A DNA stretch of 64,000 bases from a virus: IMG/VR virus record IMGVR_UViG_3300020457_000004, positions 64,001-128,000 of that record. One strand, 5' to 3'. Both the position numbers and the translations under genes were made by a program. Shown one piece after another: positions 38,998 to 47,284 of the stretch. Every line of letters starts with the position of its first letter. Position 1 is the first letter of the stretch. The notes beneath the pieces were generated by a model. The model made no database searches. It saw only the letters and a program-made list of their open reading frames with translations, and was not told the origin of the DNA.

Positions 38998-39538
38998 TGT
39001 ATACCGTGTAAAAAATGTGACTATCTATTTTTGTTGTCATAGCCATATGTTGTGCCCATGCTGGTTCCACATAATCCGCGTGATAAAACAAACTACCATT
39101 TGTATTATCTTCGTATCTACTAACCATTACATCAATTGCCAATTCTATGATTTCTTCATATGAAGTAAAATCTCGTACCATGTCTGGCTTACCGTCACAG
39201 TACCAACTAAATTGACAACCATGTCTGATTGGAACCAACTCATTTTCATCTCTCCAAGACGGTCTGTGTTTGCCTTGATAAACAACACCACAGATTGTGT
39301 CTGGATATGCATTGTGTTTAACACGATTAAGGGTAACGAAAGCAACTGCAATTTTACCTTGAGAGCTTTCGCCCCTAGCTTCGTGATAAATGTTAATTGC
39401 GAGACAAGCAATTTCTTTTTGGTCTATAACCTTAACTGGGTCATAGACATGAATTTCCTTGTCGTAATAGTTATCAGCACTAGCGGGCCACAATATAAGA
39501 GACACCGCTACAAAGGCTGTTAAAAACCAAGTGTACAT
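38990..39538 (-). CDS. cell-wall hydrolase (SleB/Hydrolase_2 family) with signal peptide
   Basis: CLAINIYHEARGE..AVAFVTLNRV..YPDTICGVVYQ..CQFSWYCDG..FYHADYVEP.W..HIFY; hydrophobic N-terminus ending ASA. Confidence 0.9.
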   Translation of the reverse strand: MYTWFLTAFVAVSLILWPASADNYYDKEIHVYDPVKVIDQKEIACLAINIYHEARGESSQGKIAVAFVTLNRVKHNAYPDTICGVVYQGKHRPSWRDENELVPIRHGCQFSWYCDGKPDMVRDFTSYEEIIELAIDVMVSRYEDNTNGSLFYHADYVEPAWAQHMAMTTKIDSHIFYTVYND

Positions 39539-39549
39539 AGTGTACTAGA

Positions 39550-39660
39550 TTAGAATGGTAACTTGTCAAATACTGTGTCAAGAAAATCCAACCAACCTTT
39601 TCGGTCTTTAATCCATGCTCCAATTACTATCCCAATAACGAGTCCTGTAATTAACCACAT
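39550..39660 (-). CDS. small membrane protein, 36 aa (not in ORF track)
   Basis: AAGGAGGAG RBS; MWLITGLVIGIVIGAWIKDRKGWLDFLDTVFDKLPF*. Confidence 0.7.
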   Translation of the reverse strand: MWLITGLVIGIVIGAWIKDRKGWLDFLDTVFDKLPF

Positions 39661-39693
39661 ATCTTTCTCCTCCTTCTCTTTGAGAATTTGTTA

Positions 39694-39953
39694 GGACAGT
39701 ATTCTGGTGCTAGGAACTGTCCGAAACCCCGAGCGATTCTACGCCGCTAAAGCGTAGTCCTCATAAGCAGTATTATTTTCTGCATTTATGGTTTTGTTGC
39801 ACTTACGGCAGCTTCCTCTCCGAACTCTCCACGCACCTATTAAGTTCCAGTCGATCCTGTTCGCCCCCTTAGTCGGGTCTATAAGAATTGATTGGTGGAG
39901 GCGGGGGGAATCGCACCCCCGTCCTGTAAACCTTTCGACTTGTTTCATCGAGT
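39694..39953 (-). ncRNA. ssrA: circularly permuted (two-piece) tmRNA
   Basis: Order on the minus strand: T-arm GGGGG-TGCGATT-CCCCC + CGCCTCC-ACCA (3' end 39893), 24-nt intervening sequence, then GGGGGCGAACAGGATCGAC (5' end 39868) giving G3.U70. Tag frame GCA(39783)..TAG(39739) = AENNTAYEDYALAA. Outer ends approximate. Confidence 0.93.
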
Positions 39954-39958
39954 TAAGT

Positions 39959-39992
39959 TATTTATAATACTACAAGATAGGCCAAAAGTCAA
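39959..39992 (-). promoter_or_regulatory. overlapping sigma70-like and T4 late promoters for tmRNA
   Basis: TTGACT(39992-39987)-17 nt-TATTAT(39969-39964) overlapping TATAAATA(39966-39959). Confidence 0.7.
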
Positions 39993-40648
39993 GCGTTATT
40001 TTCGTACAAATCTCGACACTCTAGCAAATACTCCGTGTAATTGTCACGATGTTCTACGAATAATTGTGGTTCTTCGTTCGCTACACCAATGATAATTACT
40101 GATTTTGTGATAGGTATTCCTGTTCTTTCTTCAAACATAATCGCGTAACCAGCACATTGAGCAAAATAGTTCTTTATATATGACTTGGTTTTAGGTTTAG
40201 CAGAGGTCTTAAAGTCAATAATAGACAATTGTCCCTCAAACTCAGCGATACAATCCGCCTGGCCAGCGAGTCTTAGGTGGTCGCTGTACAAAAATTGTTC
40301 AATCGCGTGTATGTTATCTATCTTATCAAGGTAAAGGCGCATGTTATCGAACATGTCTTCCTCTACAAAAGACAACATTTCAGTATCAAGTTCCTTATTA
40401 TTAAGATAATCCTCGCAAACACCATGAATTTTGGTTCCTCGAACAGACGATTGACGCGATATTTTGTTCGCTGCCTGTTCTCCTACCTTTTTTCTCCATG
40501 CTTTTATGGCTGGTTTTATCTTATATCCAAGAACGGTGGTGATAGAGGGATATCTATCACCGCTTTCCGTTACATATGTCCGTTTTCCTTCAAAATTCTC
40601 CCTCATCAACTGAGGGAAATCGTGTTTTTTGTCAATATGTGTAAACAT
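39989..40648 (-). CDS. PD-(D/E)XK exonuclease (T4-like phage exonuclease)
   Basis: YPSITTVL, RGTKIH..CE, LAGQADCIAEF..IIDFKTS, YFAQCAGYA.M..E. Confidence 0.88.
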   Translation of the reverse strand: MFTHIDKKHDFPQLMRENFEGKRTYVTESGDRYPSITTVLGYKIKPAIKAWRKKVGEQAANKISRQSSVRGTKIHGVCEDYLNNKELDTEMLSFVEEDMFDNMRLYLDKIDNIHAIEQFLYSDHLRLAGQADCIAEFEGQLSIIDFKTSAKPKTKSYIKNYFAQCAGYAIMFEERTGIPITKSVIIIGVANEEPQLFVEHRDNYTEYLLECRDLYENNA

Positions 40649-40675
40649 TATGTAAAAATCCTATATTATGCGACC

Positions 40676-40704
40676 ATTATACTAGCCTTTAGAGCAAATG
40701 TCAA
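40676..40704 (-). promoter_or_regulatory. consensus sigma70 (early) promoter
   Basis: TTGACA-17 nt-TATAAT, perfect consensus, about 30 nt upstream of the exonuclease ATG. Confidence 0.8.
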
Positions 40705-41462
40705 GTCCCATATTGTTCTTCGTATCGAATTCTTGATATTAAGTACTCTTTTACTAGGTCAGAACGAACAATATCACCCTCATTGAACTCAAAAGTCCTA
40801 AATGAAGGCATATTTTCAGCGATTACCATGAATTTCTGCAATCCACTCAAATCACCCTTCTTATATAGGTCAGTTTGGCGGAAGTCTCCACAGAATATAA
40901 TCTTGGAATTGTGTCCTACGCGAGTTATGATAGAGTTAATCTCCATGTCGTTCATATTTTGACACTCATCAACAATAATAACAGAATTATCTAGTGTAAT
41001 TCCTCTTACGAATGATGTAATCATCCATTCTACATATTTTTGTTCGATTAGTCTCTGGAATGCCTGTTGTTTTGTTGGGAATAAGACGGAACACATGTCG
41101 ATATATGGTTGCATGTATACAGCAGTCTTTTCAGTTTCATCGCCTGGCAGATGTCCTATTTCTCTAGATGGGACAGCTGACCTAATAACGACTACTTTTT
41201 TGTATGGGTTTCCTCTTTGTAAAACCTCTTCTAATGCTCTGTACAAGGCAATATATGTTTTACCTGTTCCAGCACAACCATGCAACAACATTGCTTTACA
41301 ATCTCTCTTGTATTCTGCGAAAAAGTGTCCTTGGGTTTCTGTTAGTGCATCGATTGTAATTAAATCTTCAATACGCATTTTTAAAGTTGATTTTTTCTTT
41401 ACCTGTTGTATATCAGAATTTAAATTCTCAATTACTTGTAGGTTGCTTTTGCGTCTTGGCAT
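40701..41462 (-). CDS. phoH: PhoH-like ATPase
   Basis: GCAGTGKT, RSAVPSREIGHLPG, SFVRGITL, IIVDECQN, TRVG, GDFRQTDL, DIVRS.LV. Confidence 0.95.
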   Translation of the reverse strand: MPRRKSNLQVIENLNSDIQQVKKKSTLKMRIEDLITIDALTETQGHFFAEYKRDCKAMLLHGCAGTGKTYIALYRALEEVLQRGNPYKKVVVIRSAVPSREIGHLPGDETEKTAVYMQPYIDMCSVLFPTKQQAFQRLIEQKYVEWMITSFVRGITLDNSVIIVDECQNMNDMEINSIITRVGHNSKIIFCGDFRQTDLYKKGDLSGLQKFMVIAENMPSFRTFEFNEGDIVRSDLVKEYLISRIRYEEQYGT

Positions 41463-41536
41463 GTGGTATTTCTCCAGATGGGTTAGTTAAAAAAAATGAT
41501 ATCCATCATAAAGATTTCTATTACATATCTTCTCCT

Positions 41537-41833
41537 TTAGTTATAAAGCGCTGAAAGTGGCAGAACCTCAGCAGATTGAATGATTCTGCGAATCTGTTTT
41601 TTGCATGGTTCTGATATTATTTGATTATCCAGACAATCGGACATTTTTTCAATGACGAATTCTGGTTCTAATGTGCGAAGATCTTGGCGTACCCATTTCT
41701 TTGGGTCATCCAAATCATCGGTTAGATTAAGACATAAAAGGACGATATAGATATCCTCTTCTGTGTATAGATTTATTCTGTATCCTGTTGGTTCCCATTT
41801 ATGCTTCTTCGGGAACTTCAGTATATTACTCAT
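41537..41833 (-). CDS. hypothetical protein
   Basis: 98 aa ORF, start overlaps the upstream stop; last gene of the long operon. Confidence 0.65.
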   Translation of the reverse strand: MSNILKFPKKHKWEPTGYRINLYTEEDIYIVLLCLNLTDDLDDPKKWVRQDLRTLEPEFVIEKMSDCLDNQIISEPCKKQIRRIIQSAEVLPLSALYN

Positions 41834-42705
41834 GTTAATAACTTTTCACCAACCTTTGTACCGTATAACTTATGACTTTCGGCACAAGGATGGCCCCTTG
41901 GTAATCTCTCTATGATGTTAGCACCCAGAGGGTCTAACTTTGTTCCTTCTATAATATACTTATCTATTTCAGATTCTAGAAATTTGATTTGAGATGCAAA
42001 TTGTGGTGTATCAAAGTCCATTTCATATTGTTTTTTATACCATTCTATGTTAAATACATCTAACATTGGTATAATATAGAACTTTATGTCGTTAATTTTA
42101 CAGAGATTGATGATACTGTAGATTTCATGGAGAAAATGCCAAAACAGAGTATATACTCCCTTTAGACGCATATACTTTTTAGCAAAGTCTGGGTCACCCC
42201 TTCTTTCAAAGTCAGTAGCAACTACAAGACTCCTCGCGGAACCATATTTTCCCAAAGTATTATTTGTATTATCTTCATATTCTGTAAATATCATTTCTCT
42301 GGCAAACCCAGTAAGACCAATTACAATCGCCTCTTTGTTTTTATCTATCTCATATTCTTCTCCCATGATATGTGATAGTATTTTAGCTTTCATATAGGTC
42401 ATCGATGCTCCGTGGGCTCCATGATTATAAGACCTAACTCTCAAAAGATTGCACATGTGTTGTGCCCACGATAACTGATTTTCTAATTTCATTTTTTTCT
42501 TAAAAAGAAGTTCTCGTGACAATTTTCTTTTGTAATATCCCTCTACGGTTTCTCCCTTCTGTCTTTTCATTTCCTTTACTGGAATACGCATGGGGTCAGG
42601 CATTTCTTTATCCATAAGTTCTTGCCCAGCAACATAGGAACACCCATAAAAGTGAAGTCCATCTACCTTTATGGTTTCACCGTTGTGGTACTTTATCTCA
42701 CGCAC
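41830..42705 (-). CDS. SGNH/GDSL-hydrolase-like protein
   Basis: FYGCSYVAG (block I), SW, NHGAHGAS (block II), GHPCAESHKLY (block V). Confidence 0.6.
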   Translation of the reverse strand: MREIKYHNGETIKVDGLHFYGCSYVAGQELMDKEMPDPMRIPVKEMKRQKGETVEGYYKRKLSRELLFKKKMKLENQLSWAQHMCNLLRVRSYNHGAHGASMTYMKAKILSHIMGEEYEIDKNKEAIVIGLTGFAREMIFTEYEDNTNNTLGKYGSARSLVVATDFERRGDPDFAKKYMRLKGVYTLFWHFLHEIYSIINLCKINDIKFYIIPMLDVFNIEWYKKQYEMDFDTPQFASQIKFLESEIDKYIIEGTKLDPLGANIIERLPRGHPCAESHKLYGTKVGEKLLT

Positions 42706-44108
42706 ACTTTAACTCCATACTTCTTCTCAAATCTAGCTGCATCTTTTTCATCATTTACTATTGGTTCGCCTTTGATGTTCAAACTAGTATTTAGTAAGAT
42801 AGGGTGACCACTATGTGTTTTCCATCTTCTTAACAACTGAGATAATCCGCTGTGTTGTTCGTCATTGACAGTCTGAACTCTACTGGTTCCATCTTTGTGT
42901 ACTATGGCAGGAAATAGTTCTGGTTCTTTGCATCTAACTACATGTTGCATATATGGTGATTTAAATCCTTCTGGTACATCAAAATACTTGTGTACCTCTG
43001 ATTCTAATATAACTGGTGCAAAGGGTCTAAACTCTTGTCTCTTCTTAATCTTATTAACAACATCTTTCATCTCTGAACCTTTTGGGTCTGCAAGTAAACT
43101 TCTATTACCCAAAGCTCTAGGCCCAAACTCTGCCCTACCATTTGCAACACCAACTATTTTCAATGCGACAAGATTTGCCAGTAGGTCATTCGTTGGATAT
43201 GTGCCTTCTATATTGTATCCAAGATAAGGCGTTTTCCAATTTAATTTTATATGTTCTCTAGCTGCAATCGCACCAATGGAAGAACCAGCATCGCCTGGAT
43301 TGGGCATAATCCAATGATTAGAAAAATATTCTGGAATAAGTCTATTTGCCAAACAATTTAAGGCACACCCACCCATGAAAACCAAATTGGTTTCATCTGT
43401 CAATCTTGCAGCTGTAAACAATAACTTTCTAAACTCCCATTCGTAGATTTTTTGTGTAGCAGCTGCGACATCAAAATAATCCTCTTCTTTTAAATCTGGG
43501 TTCCACCACTTACATCCTCTATGTAAGTTTTCTTTTAGTAATCGTTTAATATCACGATGAAATCTACTTGGGTCACCATAAGCAGCCATACCCATAAGAA
43601 TATACTCATCTTCATTTGCCTTCAGTCCAATTCTATCTGTCATCGCGGAATAGAACAATCCCAATGAGTCTGGATACCTAGAAGTCCAAATACACTCCAT
43701 ATCCTTCCATATAGATGTGGTAGTCCACTCTCCAATAGCATCAATAACTAATATAGCAGAACTTTTAAATGGTGAAGTGTAATATCCAGCAGCTGCATGT
43801 GATTTGTGGTGAGTAGTATAGTGTGGTGATTTAATTCCAAAATGTTTTAAATATTTTTTAGGACTCACCCACGGTCTTTGTTGTTTAGCGTATTTTTTCC
43901 TTGTCCATTTTAACCAAGGATTTTCATACCAATAAACATGGTCTGGTTCTCCATATTTTTTTGCCTCCATGATAATTTCTGGATTAAGAAATGCATCATT
44001 TTTTATACCACTAAATCTCTCACTATGAGAGGCAAACAATATCTCATCATCTCTAACAACCGCTAAAGAAGCGTCATGTGTACAAGCACTAATTCCCCAA
44101 CTTATCAT
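42693..44108 (-). CDS. carbamoyltransferase (NodU/CmcH family)
   Basis: HDASLA, ERFS..KND, HHKSHAA, DAIGE, SLGLFYS, MGMAAYG, GGCALNC, GDAG, EFGPRALGNRSLLADP, LLNTSLN. Confidence 0.95.
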   Translation of the reverse strand: MISWGISACTHDASLAVVRDDEILFASHSERFSGIKNDAFLNPEIIMEAKKYGEPDHVYWYENPWLKWTRKKYAKQQRPWVSPKKYLKHFGIKSPHYTTHHKSHAAAGYYTSPFKSSAILVIDAIGEWTTTSIWKDMECIWTSRYPDSLGLFYSAMTDRIGLKANEDEYILMGMAAYGDPSRFHRDIKRLLKENLHRGCKWWNPDLKEEDYFDVAAATQKIYEWEFRKLLFTAARLTDETNLVFMGGCALNCLANRLIPEYFSNHWIMPNPGDAGSSIGAIAAREHIKLNWKTPYLGYNIEGTYPTNDLLANLVALKIVGVANGRAEFGPRALGNRSLLADPKGSEMKDVVNKIKKRQEFRPFAPVILESEVHKYFDVPEGFKSPYMQHVVRCKEPELFPAIVHKDGTSRVQTVNDEQHSGLSQLLRRWKTHSGHPILLNTSLNIKGEPIVNDEKDAARFEKKYGVKVCVR

Positions 44109-44898
44109 TTAAATGTTCCGCTATTTCTTTCTGTGTCTCTGTGTAGTAATGATTACCAGCGTGTCTAGGATTAGGAGTAAACTCATCGTTTGTTGGTATC
44201 GCATTTTCTCCAATCCATTGCCAATATTTGTTAAAAACCTCTTTTCTGCGTGTACCGTCTGTTTCCAATGTATCTGGATTGTCTGCCTTAGTTTCTAACT
44301 GCAATCTCCATGACGGTGCTTCTATGAAAAAATATTTAACTCCTAATAATTTTATATGTCTCAATAAGTGATAATAGTTCCAAGATATATTCCAATAGTT
44401 TCCCCACTCATATGGAGCAACGGTTTTGTGCATACTGTCAAACTGTAGTTCTAACCATCTATAGGGATGAGGCACCTGTAAAATTATTTCATCTTTTGTA
44501 ATATCAATGGAACCGTCCATGATATCCTCTTCCAATGAATACAAACAAAGTTCTAATGAACCACCACCAAAAGCACGATTCATATAATGTGTATGACCGC
44601 GAAGTTCTGCTAGATACCTTACCCATGTTAAAGACCTACATATATCCTCGCCACTTTCTAAATGCGATATTTCTTTTAAAGAAACACTACGAAAGATGTT
44701 ACCAAATTTAGAATATGGGTCAACTTCATGTCCGTATAGTTTCCAAATCTTTTTCCAAGCTTGCGGTAGTGTATCACCACCAGAGATATACTTAGATTTT
44801 AATTTATTAACAGTTTCTATGTCTGTCCCCAACATTATGTGGTCAGCTAATTCTGCACCAGCTGTGTGGGAACATCCATATGCTACAAGTCTAGTCAT
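44089..44898 (-). CDS. SGNH/GDSL-hydrolase-like protein
   Basis: AYGCSHTAG, TW, NRAFGGGS, C-terminal GNHY. Confidence 0.55.
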   Translation of the reverse strand: MTRLVAYGCSHTAGAELADHIMLGTDIETVNKLKSKYISGGDTLPQAWKKIWKLYGHEVDPYSKFGNIFRSVSLKEISHLESGEDICRSLTWVRYLAELRGHTHYMNRAFGGGSLELCLYSLEEDIMDGSIDITKDEIILQVPHPYRWLELQFDSMHKTVAPYEWGNYWNISWNYYHLLRHIKLLGVKYFFIEAPSWRLQLETKADNPDTLETDGTRRKEVFNKYWQWIGENAIPTNDEFTPNPRHAGNHYYTETQKEIAEHLNDKLGN

Positions 44899-45115
44899 AG
44901 ATGAAAGGGTCTCGTTCTCGCATCTTTTTCATTTTCTTTTCTAGTTCTTCTTGTTTTTCTTTTTCTTTTTGTTCTATCTCATCAAGTTTCTTGTTCAAGG
45001 ACTTATCAAGAGAGTCGGTCTTCTCCGAGACCTCCAACAACACCTTCCTGATCACTTTGGTTAATCTCCCAGCTTTCATGAATTTGTGTAGTTTCTTTTT
45101 TGTTCGTTGTTTCAT
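44891..45115 (-). CDS. small basic protein ending RDPFIYD
   Basis: ATG 45115 after GGAG; stop overlaps the next gene's start; 5' part overlaps the ugd-like gene tail. Confidence 0.55.
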   Translation of the reverse strand: MKQRTKKKLHKFMKAGRLTKVIRKVLLEVSEKTDSLDKSLNKKLDEIEQKEKEKQEELEKKMKKMRERDPFIYD

Positions 45116-46244
45116 TTCTCGTATCTCCGTAGTGTACAACATTTATTCCCACATGACTTCTCCAAGGGTCAAACACAACTCCCTCATAATCGGTAGGTAT
45201 CAAATCCGACTCGTGTACCTTTACGATGACATGTGGGTTTTCATCTACAGGTACAATAAATCCATATCTTTTTACATAGTGTTGGACTAATAGACTGTAA
45301 CTACCGTTTGTATATGGAACATCTGGTTTATATGAATCAGATGTAAATGCAATTTTATTTCCGTGTTTTAAAATTGCCATTGCCATATTATCTGCTTGTA
45401 TGTCTCGTGCCTTCATTATTTCAGCAAACAAGTCATACCCTAAATTTAAATCTTGTGCCATGTATCTAAGTGCAATATTGTCTCTTGGATGACACGCGCC
45501 ACCATCACCCATACCAGCTTTCATGTAACTAGGCCCCATGATTCTCTGAGTACTTTTTTTCAATGCATTTGTTACTACATCAACATTAATATTACCCTGT
45601 CTTTCTGCAACATCCTGTATCATGTTTACAAGACCAATTTTTGCGCTAATGAAGGTATTATAAAACACCTTAATACATTCACACTCATCCCAAGTACCAA
45701 CTTCATAACGCGGTTCGTTTTCCATTATCTCATTATAGAAGTGTATGAGACTATGTGCTTCCATAGACTCTTCTCCATTCTCTGTTCCTATCATTACCAT
45801 CTCTGGATTTACCATATCCCACGCGACTGTACCCATGGCAATCAAATATGGATTATAAACAAATTTAGGATTGGTTATAAGAGGCACTACTTCTTTTCTT
45901 ACGGTGCCTGGCAATACCGTACTGATAAGAACCAATATCTGTTTCTTTGTCATATGTTTATTTGCTTCAGCGATTACTTCTTTTACGGTATCATAATTAA
46001 AGTCTTTTGGTGGCAAATGGTATGTAGGTTCTGAACCATCATAAAGTGGGTCATGCGGTGTGGGTACTGCAACAAATACAAATACTCTATCTTTTACAAC
46101 TTCTTCTATTGTATCTTTAACATTACAATATTCGCTTTCTACTTCGCGTGTATCATAAACACTAACATCGTGTCCTTTTTGTGCAATAACTTCAGCACAT
46201 GGTTTACCTAATTTACCAAATCCAATAAATGCAACATTGGTCAT
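45006..46244 (-). CDS. UDP-glucose/GDP-mannose dehydrogenase family
   Basis: GFGKLG, FVAVPTP, ISTVLPGT, YNP, IKVFYNTFISAKI, GGACHPRD, SYKP, DPW. Confidence 0.9.
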   Translation of the reverse strand: MTNVAFIGFGKLGKPCAEVIAQKGHDVSVYDTREVESEYCNVKDTIEEVVKDRVFVFVAVPTPHDPLYDGSEPTYHLPPKDFNYDTVKEVIAEANKHMTKKQILVLISTVLPGTVRKEVVPLITNPKFVYNPYLIAMGTVAWDMVNPEMVMIGTENGEESMEAHSLIHFYNEIMENEPRYEVGTWDECECIKVFYNTFISAKIGLVNMIQDVAERQGNINVDVVTNALKKSTQRIMGPSYMKAGMGDGGACHPRDNIALRYMAQDLNLGYDLFAEIMKARDIQADNMAMAILKHGNKIAFTSDSYKPDVPYTNGSYSLLVQHYVKRYGFIVPVDENPHVIVKVHESDLIPTDYEGVVFDPWRSHVGINVVHYGDTRNETTNKKETTQIHESWEINQSDQEGVVGGLGEDRLS

Positions 46245-47284
46245 AACTTACTAATCTCCATAATATTATTGTAGTTTTCATTAATTACCTCTAAGACTCT
46301 TTTTCTATTGTACATGAGTCTATCTTCTAGTTTTGCGTATAGATTGTTTAATTCATCCAATCCGTAATTCAATTGGAACTGGGTCATATCTTTTAAAGCA
46401 TTCTCTATTCGCCAGTATTTATCGGGTTCATCAAGATGAATATTTGGAAACAAGTCTTCAAAAGTATCAAATTTCCATTCTTTTAATTTTTTATATAGAT
46501 ATCTATCACCTATAATAATAAATGGTCTAAGTCCTATCAAGGGTTTAAAGGTTTTTTCACTTAAAAACACATCAGTATGCATAACGCTTTCTGTAACAAC
46601 CGTACAAAAGTGTTTGTTCCAATACTGTGGTTCACCTAAAGATATAATATCATTTGCTAAGTGTGTATCACTTAATTTTTCCCAATCATAAGCCTTTTCC
46701 ATTATATGTGGTGGTCTGTTTTCCTTTAATATAATAGGATTTTCAAATATATAATCTTCATGTGGTTTTACAGCAGAAACTATAGTATCTTTAAAATGTC
46801 CCATAGTAAATAAATTATTTAAAAAATGAATCCTGTGGTCATGTGGTTGGTGATTCAAAGTCATAAAGTGTTTCTGTATGTTCGGCATCTCAGTATAACA
46901 TTCATCAAAGAAAGTGTCAAGGTGATTATGAATAAAAGATAACCAAAAACTAAAATAATGACCTTTTCTACTGTTTCCTATATTGATAACCTCCCACCGT
47001 TCATTTAAAAATTTATGTGCCTCCACACATTCTGGCACACAATCAGTACTTTCCCAATCCATACCAGAGTACACCAAAATTCTTGGTGTTTCACCAGCTT
47101 TAAATTGACTCGCGTTGAACCATTGCTTTAATTGCGCTACATTATCACCAACTGACCACCATGTAGAATTTATCAGAATACAATCATCTGGTTTTAGTTG
47201 TTTTAGTTCACTAACAAACTTTCTTTCAAATTCTGTTATATGTTGACTGCCGCTTTTTATGTCTGCGCCTTTACTCCAATACAT
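46241..47284 (-). CDS. putative glycosyltransferase (GT10-like C-terminus)
   Basis: LNHQPHDHR..VVTES..FLSEKTFKPL...PFIIIG...F.TF; paralog of 47284..49020. Confidence 0.45.
   Translation of the reverse strand: MYWSKGADIKSGSQHITEFERKFVSELKQLKPDDCILINSTWWSVGDNVAQLKQWFNASQFKAGETPRILVYSGMDWESTDCVPECVEAHKFLNERWEVINIGNSRKGHYFSFWLSFIHNHLDTFFDECYTEMPNIQKHFMTLNHQPHDHRIHFLNNLFTMGHFKDTIVSAVKPHEDYIFENPIILKENRPPHIMEKAYDWEKLSDTHLANDIISLGEPQYWNKHFCTVVTESVMHTDVFLSEKTFKPLIGLRPFIIIGDRYLYKKLKEWKFDTFEDLFPNIHLDEPDKYWRIENALKDMTQFQLNYGLDELNNLYAKLEDRLMYNRKRVLEVINENYNNIMEISKL

Noticed and set aside
39739-39948. 69-aa ORF in the track ending YALAA
   Set aside because: It runs through the tRNA-like domain of the tmRNA; only the last 14 codons (the tag) are likely decoded, in trans.
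39989-40648. Cas4-like nuclease suggesting CRISPR
   Set aside because: It lacks the Cas4 four-Cys cluster and any array; it is the usual phoH-adjacent exonuclease of T4-like phages.
45006-45115. About 110-nt overlap of the dehydrogenase tail with the RDPFIYD ORF as a possible frameshift or fusion
   Set aside because: No slippery heptamer seen, and the small ORF has its own GGAG-ATG; more likely a C-terminal extension.
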